IMG/VR virus record: IMGVR_UViG_3300049811_000333
Span: 1 to 64,000 of that record
Length of the DNA: 64,000 nucleotides
From: a virus
Direction: 5' to 3' (one strand)
Shown here piece after piece: positions 18,637 to 27,931 of this stretch. Position numbers and translations under genes: made by a program. The notes under the pieces were generated by a model. It was not told the DNA's origin, searched no databases, and saw nothing but the letters and a program-made list of their open reading frames with translations. Each line of letters begins with the position of its first letter. Position 1 is the first letter of the stretch.

Positions 18637-19394
18637 GGCTGGCACAAATGGCAGAGCCGTACCTGGCTCTGAAATGGCCGATCTTCCCGGTCAAGGACAA
18701 GCGCCCATTGGTGTCCGGCGGTTACAAGGCCGCGTCCGTCGACCCTCGGGTGATCGAGGATTGGTCGCGGCGGTTCCCTGGCTGCAACATCGCCGTCGCC
18801 ACAGGTCGGATTTCCGGGATTGTTGTCGTGGATGTTGATGGCCCCCCAGGAGAACAAACCCTCCTGGCCTTGGCTGACGAGGGGATCGTGATCGACAGCC
18901 CGCTCCAGTCCCTGACTGGACGCGGGCGGCACATGATCTTCAAGTACGACAAGGGCATGAAGTGTTCCATCGGAAAGCTCGGCCCCGGACTGGATGTCAG
19001 GGCCGATGGCGGGAGCTTCACGGTTCCTCCCTCCGTCCATCACAGCGGCAAACGCTACGAGTGGGTCGCGGACCCGCTGACGACGCCGATCCCGCACTTC
19101 CCGTTGTCGGCCCTGCTCTACCTCTACCGGCCGAAAGCCCGTCCCACCTGGGGCGGGGCACCAAGTGTGTCCCTATCGGAAATTGTTGGTCGGGTTGCGT
19201 CTGCGGTGCCCGGGACCCGGAACGCGGAGCTCAACAGTGCCGCCTACATGGCCGGGAAGCTCGTCCGGCACGGGAAAATCTCGGAAGACGAAGCAGAGCA
19301 CACCCTGGTGGAAGCGGGCCTGGCCATCGGCCTGGACCGTCACGAATGCCAATCAACAGTGAGGAGCGGCCTGAGAGCCGGACAGGAGGAGTAG
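18633..19394 (+). CDS. Bifunctional DNA primase/polymerase (Prim-Pol)
   Basis: WPIFP..KRP..AS.D...I..W..CNIAVATG..VVVDVD..TGRGRH..GLDVRADG..VPPSVH.SG..Y.W; GTRN..L C-terminal domain. Confidence 0.92.
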   Translation: MRLAQMAEPYLALKWPIFPVKDKRPLVSGGYKAASVDPRVIEDWSRRFPGCNIAVATGRISGIVVVDVDGPPGEQTLLALADEGIVIDSPLQSLTGRGRHMIFKYDKGMKCSIGKLGPGLDVRADGGSFTVPPSVHHSGKRYEWVADPLTTPIPHFPLSALLYLYRPKARPTWGGAPSVSLSEIVGRVASAVPGTRNAELNSAAYMAGKLVRHGKISEDEAEHTLVEAGLAIGLDRHECQSTVRSGLRAGQEE

Positions 19395-19603
19395 TGAAGG
19401 AATTTAGGATCAAGGAAGACGTCATCGATGACGACGTGATTTGCGAGGAGATTTTCGTCGAGCAGTATGAGTCCGAAGGGGCCGTGTTTATCGGCCAGAC
19501 TGATGAGGACGAGAATGGTCCTGTTCTCCAAATGCACATGCTGACCGTGGCGCAAGCCCGGAAGCTGCGGGACGCGCTCAATGAGATCGTGGGGACGGCA
19601 TGA
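19394..19603 (+). CDS. Acidic hypothetical protein
   Basis: GTG start with AGGAGG RBS. Confidence 0.55.
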   Translation: MKEFRIKEDVIDDDVICEEIFVEQYESEGAVFIGQTDEDENGPVLQMHMLTVAQARKLRDALNEIVGTA

Positions 19604-19800
19604 AGAAGAAGCCTCTGTCGCAGCGCCTGGATCAATTGAAGGCTGTCCGTGACATTGCCACCAGCGCTGGCAATCACGACGACGAATACAGCCGTGGTCT
19701 CGCCAACGGCATCATCCTGGCCGTGGCCGTCATGGAGGCCAAGGACCCGGAGTACCTCGGAAAGGAGAAAGGGCCATGGACTGGTTCGGAGACATCCTGA
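19600..19800 (+). CDS. Hypothetical protein
   Basis: Y.RGLANGII.A.A.ME.K.PEYL pattern; coupled. Confidence 0.6.
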   Translation: MKKKPLSQRLDQLKAVRDIATSAGNHDDEYSRGLANGIILAVAVMEAKDPEYLGKEKGPWTGSETS

Positions 19801-20152
19801 TGCTGGGTGGGATCATCGTGCTCCTGGCCATCACCATCACCTTGAGCGGGGGCTGAGTGCCGTACAAGATCGACGGCATGATCGATGAGGCCTGCAAGCT
19901 CAAGTGCTGCAAATTGTGTAAGCACAGCTGGCTGCCATGGGATCAGGATTACGGATTTTGCAAGCATGCCAAGAACGCCTTCGGGCCCTTCCCGAAGCGG
20001 ATTGCGGAGCTTGATACCTGTGATCACTGGGAATGCTCTGGGTCCGCACAAACCCCTGACAAACATCAAGACAAGCCAGATTGACAGGTTTGTGCCGGTG
20101 CATACAATCAGCAGGCTCTAGGTATTATACCTGAGCCTTTTTCGATAAGATA

Positions 20153-20575
20153 TTGAGCCATAACGGGAGGAAAAGCATGCAGAGAAGGGCGGCCAGCCTG
20201 ACGTTGGGGGACCTGGGCCCCACGCTGACGGAGGTCTTTTGGGATAACGGACGCTGGTCGACACAGTCCCAGGATTTCGATGACGACGACGCCGCTAAGG
20301 AGGCTTGGAACAAGCTGAAGCTGAGGGGATACCTGGTCGCCAACGAGGGGTATCTCTGGGTGGATCAGAGCCCGGACATGGTCTCGGTATCCTCTGACGG
20401 CGGCGCCGGACATCTCTTCCTCATCCTCGACGAGGAGAACCCGAACACGAGTTCCATTGGCTTCATCTCGAACGCCGCCTGGATCGTGGAGAACGGAATG
20501 GGATTTCTGGAGCTCACTGCCATGAAATACCGGGAAACCCAGGAACAGGGCGGGAACATCGCGGCCATCAACTGA
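20153..20575 (+). CDS. Hypothetical protein with its own promoter, next to the candidate attP
   Basis: TTGACA..TACAAT at ~20081-20108; GGAGG RBS before ATG 20178. Confidence 0.65.
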   Translation: MSHNGRKSMQRRAASLTLGDLGPTLTEVFWDNGRWSTQSQDFDDDDAAKEAWNKLKLRGYLVANEGYLWVDQSPDMVSVSSDGGAGHLFLILDEENPNTSSIGFISNAAWIVENGMGFLELTAMKYRETQEQGGNIAAIN

Positions 20576-20581
20576 TGGCCG

Positions 20582-20620
20582 TTGACATGGCATCACTCGC
20601 AGATTACCAGTGCGGCGCCG
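20582..20620 (+). promoter_or_regulatory. Stable-RNA-like promoter
   Basis: TTGACA-N17-TACCAG followed by a GC-rich discriminator-like stretch. Confidence 0.5.
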
Positions 20621-20645
20621 TCACTTGCGGCATCCCGGCACCGGT

Positions 20646-20685
20646 CGGAGCGTAGCGCAGCCTGGTAGCGCACTTGCTTCGGGAG
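20646..20685 (+). other. 5' half of tRNA-Pro(CGG); candidate attP
   Basis: CGGAGCGTAGCGCAGCCTGGTAGCGCACTTGCTTCGGGAG; tRNA similarity ends right after the anticodon loop. Confidence 0.75.
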
Positions 20686-20728
20686 ATTGTGCGCTGTCTT
20701 CTGAAAAGTACAGCAATATCAACGAAAG

Positions 20729-20760
20729 ACGGGCGGTGAAAACCGCCCGTTTTTTTATTT
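20729..20760 (+). terminator. Rho-independent terminator, possibly bidirectional
   Basis: ACGGGCGGT-GAAA-ACCGCCCGT plus T run. Confidence 0.85.
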
Positions 20761-20784
20761 CGACAGGTTATTCCCAAGAAACCA

Positions 20785-21213
20785 TTAATCCAGTGTGCGG
20801 TACTTCTGTGAGCGGATCTCTGAGATGTAGGCTTCCGAAATTCCCGTCATTCGGGAGAGCTCACGGCCAGAGACCTTTGAGGCGCGGACCGCATTAATGA
20901 TGTCGCGCGGGTACTTCCTTTCGCCGTATGGGCGATGGGTGCGTCCCTTTCGGGATCGGTCTGAGTTGTTGTCGCCGTTGGTGCCTAGAAAGAGATGTTC
21001 GATGCACACGCAGGGGCGGTTGTCGCAACGGTGCAGCACGTTCATCCCAGCCGGGATTGGGCCATTGACGGCTTCCCACATGAGGCGGTGGGCGCGCTTG
21101 TTGCCAAGTCGCCCGTATCCTTTTTCAGTGAGGGTGCCTGTCCACTCAAGGCACCCGGTCTTTTCGTTGCGTTTGGTGTGCTTAAGAAGCCTGGTAAGCA
21201 GGTCTCGGTTCAT
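20785..21213 (-). CDS. HNH endonuclease
   Basis: GCLEWTG..GYG..AHR..VLHRCDNRPCV..EHLFLGT..DN. Confidence 0.92.
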   Translation of the reverse strand: MNRDLLTRLLKHTKRNEKTGCLEWTGTLTEKGYGRLGNKRAHRLMWEAVNGPIPAGMNVLHRCDNRPCVCIEHLFLGTNGDNNSDRSRKGRTHRPYGERKYPRDIINAVRASKVSGRELSRMTGISEAYISEIRSQKYRTLD

Positions 21214-21569
21214 AGAACTTGGTAAACCTCCGTCTTCCGGGCGTTCGACCGCGGACCCTTCATGTTGACGTAGGTGCCGGTTCCGACGATCACCCTCTGG
21301 CGCTTCAGCCACGAGATGAACGCGCCCCAGGCGTTGTGATGGTGGGGGCGAAGATCCCTGGCCTCACAGGCCAGACGAATGTCTTCGCCTGTCACCTTCT
21401 GACCCTTCATGGAGCGCACCACCTTGGCGGATCCAGCTTTCCAGTCGTCCGGGGCACGGCTGTAAACCCGGTCCAGGGCTTCATCCCGCATCTGGGTAGC
21501 CGCGCACTCTTTGTAGATACTCATGTCACACGTTCTCCCTCGTCGATTCTTGGCTCCACACGTTTCCAT
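21210..21569 (-). CDS. Hypothetical protein
   Basis: P.H.NAWGA motif; start uncertain. Confidence 0.6.
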   Translation of the reverse strand: METCGAKNRRGRTCDMSIYKECAATQMRDEALDRVYSRAPDDWKAGSAKVVRSMKGQKVTGEDIRLACEARDLRPHHHNAWGAFISWLKRQRVIVGTGTYVNMKGPRSNARKTEVYQVL

Positions 21570-21994
21570 GACTTCCCCTTCCCGATCCTGGTGATCATGG
21601 ATCCGGAGACGCCGTAGTCGGGCGCAATTGCCCCCGGCTTCTCGCCCCGGAGAAGCCGGGCTTTGATCACTGCCACCTTCTCCGGATCGAGCTTGTTGCC
21701 GAGGTGGGCCTTGCCGCGTCCGCGTTCGTCACGAATGCGCGACCGCTCAGCCTTGGTGGCTAGGAACAGATGTCCGGGCTCGACGCAGGCGCGGTTTTCG
21801 CAGTCGATGCCGACCACGACGTCGTCCGGGAGATCGCCATTGTGCAGATACCAGGACACCCTGGCCGCCGTGGTGTTGATGCCGCGGAACTTCACGACGG
21901 CCCGCCCGGCCGGGGTTTTGGCTCCGGTCCATTCCAGGCATCCGGTTTGCTCGTTGCGCTGGGTATGACTGAGGAAACGGGCCAGCTCACTCAT
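21521..21994 (-). CDS. Degenerate HNH endonuclease-like protein with a C-terminal HTH
   Basis: GCLEWTGA..AARV..VGIDCENRACVEPGHL (first His of the motif absent). Confidence 0.8.
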   Translation of the reverse strand: MSELARFLSHTQRNEQTGCLEWTGAKTPAGRAVVKFRGINTTAARVSWYLHNGDLPDDVVVGIDCENRACVEPGHLFLATKAERSRIRDERGRGKAHLGNKLDPEKVAVIKARLLRGEKPGAIAPDYGVSGSMITRIGKGKSWKRVEPRIDEGERVT

Positions 21995-22232
21995 CTGTGC
22001 CCTCGCACACCACCTCCAGGAACTGGACCCGGACTTTGACGATGCCGCATCCCTGCCAACAGCGATTGTGTTCCTTCAGATCCTCAATGCTTGGATAGAC
22101 GCGGTTGCCGCCAGATGCGCAACCAAGCTCGCACTCCCAGTCGACGAGGTCCATATAGCAGTCGATGAAGGTGTCGTCCTTGTTAACCCGGAACATGGGG
22201 AAGGCGGCATCAGGCACTGCGTTATTAGTCAT
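21987..22232 (-). CDS. Conserved small phage protein
   Basis: YMD.VDWECELG.A.GGN.VYPS.EDL..C...CGIV.V.V. Confidence 0.7.
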   Translation of the reverse strand: MTNNAVPDAAFPMFRVNKDDTFIDCYMDLVDWECELGCASGGNRVYPSIEDLKEHNRCWQGCGIVKVRVQFLEVVCEGTDE

Positions 22233-22259
22233 TCCTGTCTCCAGCCGATGATTGCGCAG

Positions 22260-22448
22260 TCAACATTCGTTATCACTCGACTCCATCAGGCTGCTCTCAT
22301 GCACGTTATAGAGATGCTCCGGATACGACACGTCGTACCTGTACCCGTAGCCAGATGGGTCCTTATCAACGCAGGTGATGACGCACACCTTGCCTTTGAA
22401 ATAGTCAACGACGACCCTGTCGCCGACCTTGAATCTTGGCTCTTTCAT
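22260..22448 (-). CDS. Small SH3/KOW-like protein
   Basis: FKVGDRVVV..Y.V..V.ESSL. Confidence 0.55.
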   Translation of the reverse strand: MKEPRFKVGDRVVVDYFKGKVCVITCVDKDPSGYGYRYDVSYPEHLYNVHESSLMESSDNEC

Positions 22449-22450
22449 TT

Positions 22451-22771
22451 CTATTCCTCATTGTCCAAGAGGCTGTCGAGGTAGTCTTCCTCGGCTTGGG
22501 TCCAGCCCCTGTTCTTTGGCTTCTTGCGCCGCTTGTCCGGGATCACGCGCTGCCGGTACTTCTTGGTGCCGAGGTCCTTGGCCTCGTCGCTGCGCTTCTT
22601 GGTGAAGATCTTGAGTGTCCGGCAGTCGTCCTGGAGCGAGAACGTCATGTCAACATCCCAGAGCTCCAATGCCCTGCCTTCGTCGCTGACGACGGTAAGG
22701 CGCGTCACTTTCGGAACGCACGCCTTCAGGACGGCCTCGCAGGCCTCAGCTTCCGTGCCTCTCATTGGCAA
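22451..22771 (-). CDS. Hypothetical protein
   Basis: KVTRLTVV..GR..SLQDD.RTLKIF. Confidence 0.6.
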   Translation of the reverse strand: MPMRGTEAEACEAVLKACVPKVTRLTVVSDEGRALELWDVDMTFSLQDDCRTLKIFTKKRSDEAKDLGTKKYRQRVIPDKRRKKPKNRGWTQAEEDYLDSLLDNEE

Positions 22772-22979
22772 GCCTCCATTCCAGGTTCCGGATTTCTTGC
22801 TCTAGCTCTTTGACCTTGACTCGGAGCTCGTCGCGCTCCTGGCCAACCATCATGTCCCAGTATTTCGACATCGCCTGCTCTGCTTCCCGGATGCTGGAGG
22901 CGATGACCGCCTCGAAGTAGTTCGGAGGCGTGAACATCAGCCGGGCCACCAGGATCTTGGCTCTGGCCTCAGGTGTCAT
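22746..22979 (-). CDS. Hypothetical protein
   Basis: Coupled ORF. Confidence 0.5.
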   Translation of the reverse strand: MTPEARAKILVARLMFTPPNYFEAVIASSIREAEQAMSKYWDMMVGQERDELRVKVKELEQEIRNLEWRLANERHGS

Positions 22980-23199
22980 TTTTGATTTTCCCCTGAGCGA
23001 TCATGGCGTCGGCGATGGCATAGGCGCCCTTTGCAATCTCTTCGGCTGTAGGCATGGCGTGCTTTGGGATAAAAGCTGCGCCGATGCCCATGACGGCCTG
23101 ACCAGCGAACCAGTCCCGGAGAGACATGCCGTACTCTGCGGCACTGTATTCGGTCCCTGGGATCGGGAAGGCTGTGCCGCCGCAATCGATTTTAGCCAT
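22969..23199 (-). CDS. Conserved small phage protein
   Basis: GG.AFP..GMSLRDWFAGQA..AY.IADAMI. Confidence 0.8.
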   Translation of the reverse strand: MAKIDCGGTAFPIPGTEYSAAEYGMSLRDWFAGQAVMGIGAAFIPKHAMPTAEEIAKGAYAIADAMIAQGKIKNDT

Positions 23200-23476
23200 C
23201 TTGCATCTCCACCAGTTTGCAGAGAGCGGCGAACCCGCCGATCCCGATAGAGGCGCCAGCCAGGAAGCTGGCGCCGAATGCGAGGAAGATCACGCCGCAG
23301 AGGGCGCAGATGATGGGCTCAGCGAACGCCTGGAGATACGCAGTCGCCATTGACATAATCCTTTCCGGAATTGACGCAGAAGCGCACCACGTCAGCTTCA
23401 AAAACGGCCCTCATGCAGCTGCTAGCGGCCAACAAGACCGCAAAGCAGCAGACAAGCCAGAGGATCGATCTGTCCA

Positions 23477-23929
23477 TCAGCCCTCCGTGCGTTCTGAGGC
23501 CTCGGTTTCGGTGCTCATGTTGACGTACCCAGAGCAACCATTCGATCCGGGAATGGCGACAGGGATGTTGCGGTGGATGGTTTCCCGGACCGCGTTCGGC
23601 TTGAACACGATATGGAAGGCGTCCTTGTAGGCGGCTGCGATCCCGGCCTGGAGAGCGGCTTCCGCAATCGAGGTGCGAGCCTTCTCTTCGTTGGCTTTGT
23701 AGCTCGCGATCTCTTGCTTCAGGGCTCGGATCTCGTCATCGCGCTTGCCGCGCAGTTCGACCTCTTCGCGCCAATTGGCGGTGACGTCTTCGAACGCCTT
23801 CTTGAGGCGCGCGATCTCTTGCTCAGCCCTCTCGAACTTCTTATGCAGGTTCTCGACGGCTACCGCCGCGTCGAGATTGAACGTCTTCTCTGTGACCAGC
23901 TTCTCAACGAGGTCTGTAAGTTCTTTCAT
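23477..23929 (-). CDS. Coiled-coil protein
   Basis: MKELTDLVEK...; GGAGG RBS. Confidence 0.65.
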   Translation of the reverse strand: MKELTDLVEKLVTEKTFNLDAAVAVENLHKKFERAEQEIARLKKAFEDVTANWREEVELRGKRDDEIRALKQEIASYKANEEKARTSIAEAALQAGIAAAYKDAFHIVFKPNAVRETIHRNIPVAIPGSNGCSGYVNMSTETEASERTEG

Positions 23930-24153
23930 TCTGCCTCCAGCTTCTTGATGATTGCGCGTATGTTGGCGCGGGTTGATACAAGCCCTCGATTGCGTTCGAG
24001 GCTCTTTGACTTCGAGATCGTGCAAACCATGGAGAACGGCTTGCCTTGGTATTCACCGACGAGACGACAGTGCGGGCTCCCGCCGATGACCTTGGCCTTG
24101 CGCACGCCCTCGCGTTCCGCGAGGCGGGCGATCTCCCGTGAGTTCTTGTCCAT
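23926..24153 (-). CDS. Small basic protein, possibly HicA-like fold
   Basis: GGSPHCRL motif; own promoter TTGCCT-N17-TACACA. Confidence 0.55.
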   Translation of the reverse strand: MDKNSREIARLAEREGVRKAKVIGGSPHCRLVGEYQGKPFSMVCTISKSKSLERNRGLVSTRANIRAIIKKLEAE

Positions 24154-24295
24154 GTCTCCTCTCTGCGTTGATTGTGGTGTGTACCATATGTATTAACAAT
24201 AGGCAAGCGGACATGCGGCGGGCCGGTTCCCGTTGCCCTGTGCTCAGGATAGGGTCCACCACTAGACCGGAGGGGGCCCGAGCACAGACCGCAAT

Positions 24296-24643
24296 TCAGT
24301 AGGTATCACAGAAGGGCGTCTCGGCATCGCGCCAGACGCAATTGGGGAGCTCGTCGATGAGGACCCCAAGGATTTCCTGCTCAAACCTCCGTCCTGTGCT
24401 GGTGAGGTCGAGCTTCTCCCCGGTCCGGATCATGTGCCGGTAGGTCTTGCCCCGGAGGACGTTGCGAATGCAGGTGTGGCTGACGCCGTACTGCCTGGCG
24501 AGGCGCCGCTGGCAGCCGTAGCGGCCGGTGTAGCTGTCCCGGATTTCCCGGGCCTGCTCATTGGTGAGCTTGGGTTGGCTTCCGTTCAGGGGCACGATCC
24601 TCATCGTCATCAGTTGTCCTCCGACTCCAGAATTCTCCTGCAT
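24296..24643 (-). CDS. HTH DNA-binding protein
   Basis: KLTNEQAREIR..LARQYGVS..IRNVL.GKTY. Confidence 0.6.
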   Translation of the reverse strand: MQENSGVGGQLMTMRIVPLNGSQPKLTNEQAREIRDSYTGRYGCQRRLARQYGVSHTCIRNVLRGKTYRHMIRTGEKLDLTSTGRRFEQEILGVLIDELPNCVWRDAETPFCDTY

Positions 24644-24828
24644 TTGTCGCAGCGCTTCAGCAATTCGACGTAGTCCGGATGCTCGGCGTCATAGCCAAAG
24701 CAGTTGCCGCGCCCGTCCGGGCCGTCACCCTCGTGGCCATAGCGATGGAAGGCCAAAGTCTCGGTCTTCGGGAAGCAATACCTGCAGAGGTCAATGGGAT
24801 CGCTGCGGCTTGTATAGATGCGTGGCAT
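24610..24828 (-). CDS. Small Cys-containing protein
   Basis: CxxC..HPDY..CxxC. Confidence 0.55.
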   Translation of the reverse strand: MPRIYTSRSDPIDLCRYCFPKTETLAFHRYGHEGDGPDGRGNCFGYDAEHPDYVELLKRCDKCRRILESEDN

Positions 24829-25013
24829 GACTCATCCTCTGCTGAAGCGGAAATTGACGACGCCCATGGCGATCTCTCCGGGGTCCTTGCCCCAGACATC
24901 GGCGACCAGGAGGACGCTGATTTGCTCGGCGATCACAAAGGGGTCGAGCTCGGTCGGCTCGTCGTTTTCGGCAATCCAGCGGACTGCGGCATTGAGCTTG
25001 GACATGCGGCCTC

Positions 25014-25976
25014 CTAGCGGCCGCGAGCCCTCGCCGCGGCCTGTTGAAACAGGGGTGAATGATGACCGTAGGTTCGCTCCAGGATCTCGACTGACATGGC
25101 GAGGAACCCTGAGGCTTCGTGGTAACTGACGCCAGACTGCAAGAGCCAAGTCGCGCAGGTGTGGCGGCAGATATGGGGGCCGTCAGGCCCTTGCCCGGCG
25201 GCCAGAGCCGTGGAGTTCCAGGCTTTGTGGACGCGTTTCACCGGCTCCCCCTTGCGGTGGATGCAGTGCTCAATCCCGGCAGCGAGGTCCAGCCGCTTCC
25301 AGCGGCGGAGGTGGGCCAGGAGCCGTTGGTGTATCCGGGCCGTCCCTTTTCGCTTATTCGGGGAAATCTCGCGTCCGCGGTGGAGTAGTCCGGCCTGGAG
25401 GTCAAACCATCCTGTTGGGCTAGGGGTCCAGGACAGTCCGAGGGCGGCTCCAGGCCGGGTTCCGGAGTAAACGCCGATCAGGATCAGGCGGCAGATGTGC
25501 CGGTTCCTGTGGCGCGCAATTCGCAATCTCGCCGCGGCCTGTCCGCGGGTCATGAAATAGCCGGTTCTTGGTTCCGGCTTGGGTGGCATCCAGATTTTCC
25601 AAGATCCCGCTATTTCCGACCCCCGCGGACGTAAAGCGGCGGCAAGGAACTGAAGCTCGTGCCGGATGGTGGCTGGCTTCTTGTTTCGGTGCTGGGCATA
25701 GGCCCGGCAGGTCCGCTCGGTCACGTCGGACGGGTGCATATCCCCCCACCAGGCGATGAGGGGCTTGGCCATGTGCTGACCGAAGTCAGTCTTGGTGGGG
25801 TGGTTGCGGAGGTGGGCTTTGAGGATGTCCCGGAGTGTACCGGAGAGGTACTTTGCTAAGGCTGCCTGAGCCAACTCGGGATCTCGTAAACCCGTCCGGA
25901 TTTCCCGGCCCTGGTCGAGGATGACCCAGAGGCCGGATTTCCGGAGATACAGACGCGGTGGTTTTGTGGGGCGCAT
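25014..25976 (-). CDS. int: Tyrosine recombinase / integrase
   Basis: YSGTR, H..RHT.ATWL..G, RTYGH catalytic motifs. Confidence 0.92.
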   Translation of the reverse strand: MRPTKPPRLYLRKSGLWVILDQGREIRTGLRDPELAQAALAKYLSGTLRDILKAHLRNHPTKTDFGQHMAKPLIAWWGDMHPSDVTERTCRAYAQHRNKKPATIRHELQFLAAALRPRGSEIAGSWKIWMPPKPEPRTGYFMTRGQAAARLRIARHRNRHICRLILIGVYSGTRPGAALGLSWTPSPTGWFDLQAGLLHRGREISPNKRKGTARIHQRLLAHLRRWKRLDLAAGIEHCIHRKGEPVKRVHKAWNSTALAAGQGPDGPHICRHTCATWLLQSGVSYHEASGFLAMSVEILERTYGHHSPLFQQAAARARGR

Positions 25977-25985
25977 GGCCCCAGG

Positions 25986-26234
25986 TTAATGGGCGTTCTT
26001 CTTCGCCTCAAGGGCCATGGCCCTGACCTCCTCCTGGATGCCAAGGATGAACATCTGCACGGACACCTCAAACCCGTAGAGGTTCTGGCGCTGCAGCACC
26101 TCCAGGATAATCCGGAGGAGAACCGAGACCCCGAGATCGGCCGGGGCCTTAGCCTCGTTGAGGTCGGCAACCACCATCTCGTAGAGGGTGTCCATGAGCA
26201 CGGCTTCTTCGTCCGTGACGGGGCGACTGGGCAT
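25986..26234 (-). CDS. Hypothetical protein
   Basis: Operon packing. Confidence 0.55.
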   Translation of the reverse strand: MPSRPVTDEEAVLMDTLYEMVVADLNEAKAPADLGVSVLLRIILEVLQRQNLYGFEVSVQMFILGIQEEVRAMALEAKKNAH

Positions 26235-26489
26235 CTATTCTTCCTCCATCACGAGAAGGCTCGACTTCGTCCGGAAGATCTCTTCCGACTCGCGCCGGAT
26301 CACGTCCGTGACGACGATCATGGCGTTGTTGAGCTCGCGCTGGGTCCGAGCGGCTCCGAGGCAGTGCGCCATCACGTCCGCCAGGACGTTGATGACGCTG
26401 CCGCTGTCGAGGCCGTGCCGGTCAATGCACAGGAAGACGTCGTGCCGCAAGGCTTGCAGCACGGGCTGCTGGAAATCACTAGGCTGCAA
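26235..26489 (-). CDS. Hypothetical protein
   Basis: Operon packing. Confidence 0.5.
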   Translation of the reverse strand: MQPSDFQQPVLQALRHDVFLCIDRHGLDSGSVINVLADVMAHCLGAARTQRELNNAMIVVTDVIRRESEEIFRTKSSLLVMEEE

Positions 26490-26901
26490 CGGAGGTATCC
26501 TTTTCCCTGAGAACGGTTCGCACCAGGGCGTGAACCGCTTCCTGGCATTCGTCCGGGCTTTCGAGGAGGGTGGGCTCCAGGAAGGCCATCATCTCGCGCA
26601 CGCAGGTCTGCTCGCTGTGCGTCAGCCGAGCTCGGACCGGGTTCACGACAATCCGGACCCCAGTCATGATCGCATTGATCCTGGTGCTGGGATTGAAGTG
26701 GATCTTCTCCTTGGCCAGGAGGTGGTAGAGCGGGCGCCGGTAGACCTTGGCGAGGTCGCTCAGGGTCTTGAAGGATTTGGGTGGCTCCCAGGCCCCGAGA
26801 ATTTTCCCGGCCCATGCGGTTCCATGTGGGATCTCTTTCGCCGCGGCGATGCAGAAAACTCCCAGAAACCAGACGCGCGCCTTGTCGCTCGGCGTCTCCA
26901 T
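26479..26901 (-). CDS. Hypothetical protein
   Basis: 140-aa coupled ORF. Confidence 0.55.
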   Translation of the reverse strand: METPSDKARVWFLGVFCIAAAKEIPHGTAWAGKILGAWEPPKSFKTLSDLAKVYRRPLYHLLAKEKIHFNPSTRINAIMTGVRIVVNPVRARLTHSEQTCVREMMAFLEPTLLESPDECQEAVHALVRTVLREKDTSVAA

Positions 26902-27391
26902 CAGATGTCCTTTCCGTTCTGAAACTCACACTTCCAGCGCTTGATGAACCAGTTTTCGGTCATGCCTGGATGCTCCGAGGCCCACTGCGAGATGATCTGC
27001 TGCGAGGCCATCATGCAGGTCAGAGGGCTGATGCCCTCGTCAGCTATCGTCAGCGGGTAGTCCCGGCAGCGGCGTGGGTCCCCGATCATGCACAGCGTCA
27101 TCACAAGGCTCAGCATTTTCCCTCCGGATGAGGGCGATGGTCCCGTTCGAGCGCACAACGTAGGTGACCCGGAGGCCGCTCTGGTCGAGTGCGTCGAGAA
27201 GTTCCAGCGCCTGCTTCTGAGAGAGCTCGAAGGTCTTGGGGACCAGCCAGGGCGAGACACCCGGATCGATGGGCACGCACAAGCGTGCCCCATCTTCCAC
27301 ATGCGCGCGCAAGGACTTAGCCGTTAGCCCCCCGTTCTCTCGAATGTCACCGAGAACTCCCTGGGTTACAGTGTGAGTCCGGTTCCAGAAC

Positions 27392-27424
27392 ATTAATCTT
27401 ACTCCCTGTGTATACGTTCGGCAA
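27392..27424 (-). promoter_or_regulatory. Promoter with a GTATAC box in the spacer
   Basis: TTGCCG-AACGTATACACAGGGAG-TAAGAT on the minus strand. Confidence 0.65.
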
Positions 27425-27426
27425 TT

Positions 27427-27717
27427 CTATTTGTGGATAGCACGGAGCCAAATGAACGCATCCTTGGGGCTCCCGGCGGCTTTCATACCCGCCTGCTCCA
27501 GAGCGACGAGTTCCTTGGTGGTGCCCATGCCATCGATGTCGTTATCGGCGGCAATCCCGGCCTGATGGATAGCCTTCACCCTGGCTGGGCCGAGAGAGGT
27601 GAGCACGCGGTCGATCTCGATGAGGCCGCGAGCCAGCGCGGCCATGCGGTCGTCAAAGCCCTTGGCGCTCACCTCGAAGGTGTAGCCAAACGCCTCCAGG
27701 CTGGGGCTGTCATCCAT
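27427..27717 (-). CDS. Hypothetical protein
   Basis: 96-aa ORF. Confidence 0.55.
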   Translation of the reverse strand: MDDSPSLEAFGYTFEVSAKGFDDRMAALARGLIEIDRVLTSLGPARVKAIHQAGIAADNDIDGMGTTKELVALEQAGMKAAGSPKDAFIWLRAIHK

Positions 27718-27931
27718 GAGATACCCCTATGATCTTCAAGGCCTTCTCTGGCAGGCGCGCGCCCATGGCGTAGGCCCACTCGATGTCGGCGCGCTTGGTG
27801 CGCTCGATGCCAATGAGGTGGTCTGAGCCCACCCTGGTGATGGCCATGGCTTTCGCCAGTCGCATGTTCCGGACGTTGAAGTCGCAGATGGCCATGCCGT
27901 GGTCGGTGTAGATGGTGTAGAGACCCTTCAT
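27710..27931 (-). CDS. Hypothetical protein
   Basis: 73-aa coupled ORF. Confidence 0.55.
   Translation of the reverse strand: MKGLYTIYTDHGMAICDFNVRNMRLAKAMAITRVGSDHLIGIERTKRADIEWAYAMGARLPEKALKIIGVSHG

Noticed and set aside
20646-20760. Intact or intron-split tRNA-Pro
   Set aside because: No 3' half (T arm, acceptor, CCA) was found; a terminator follows.
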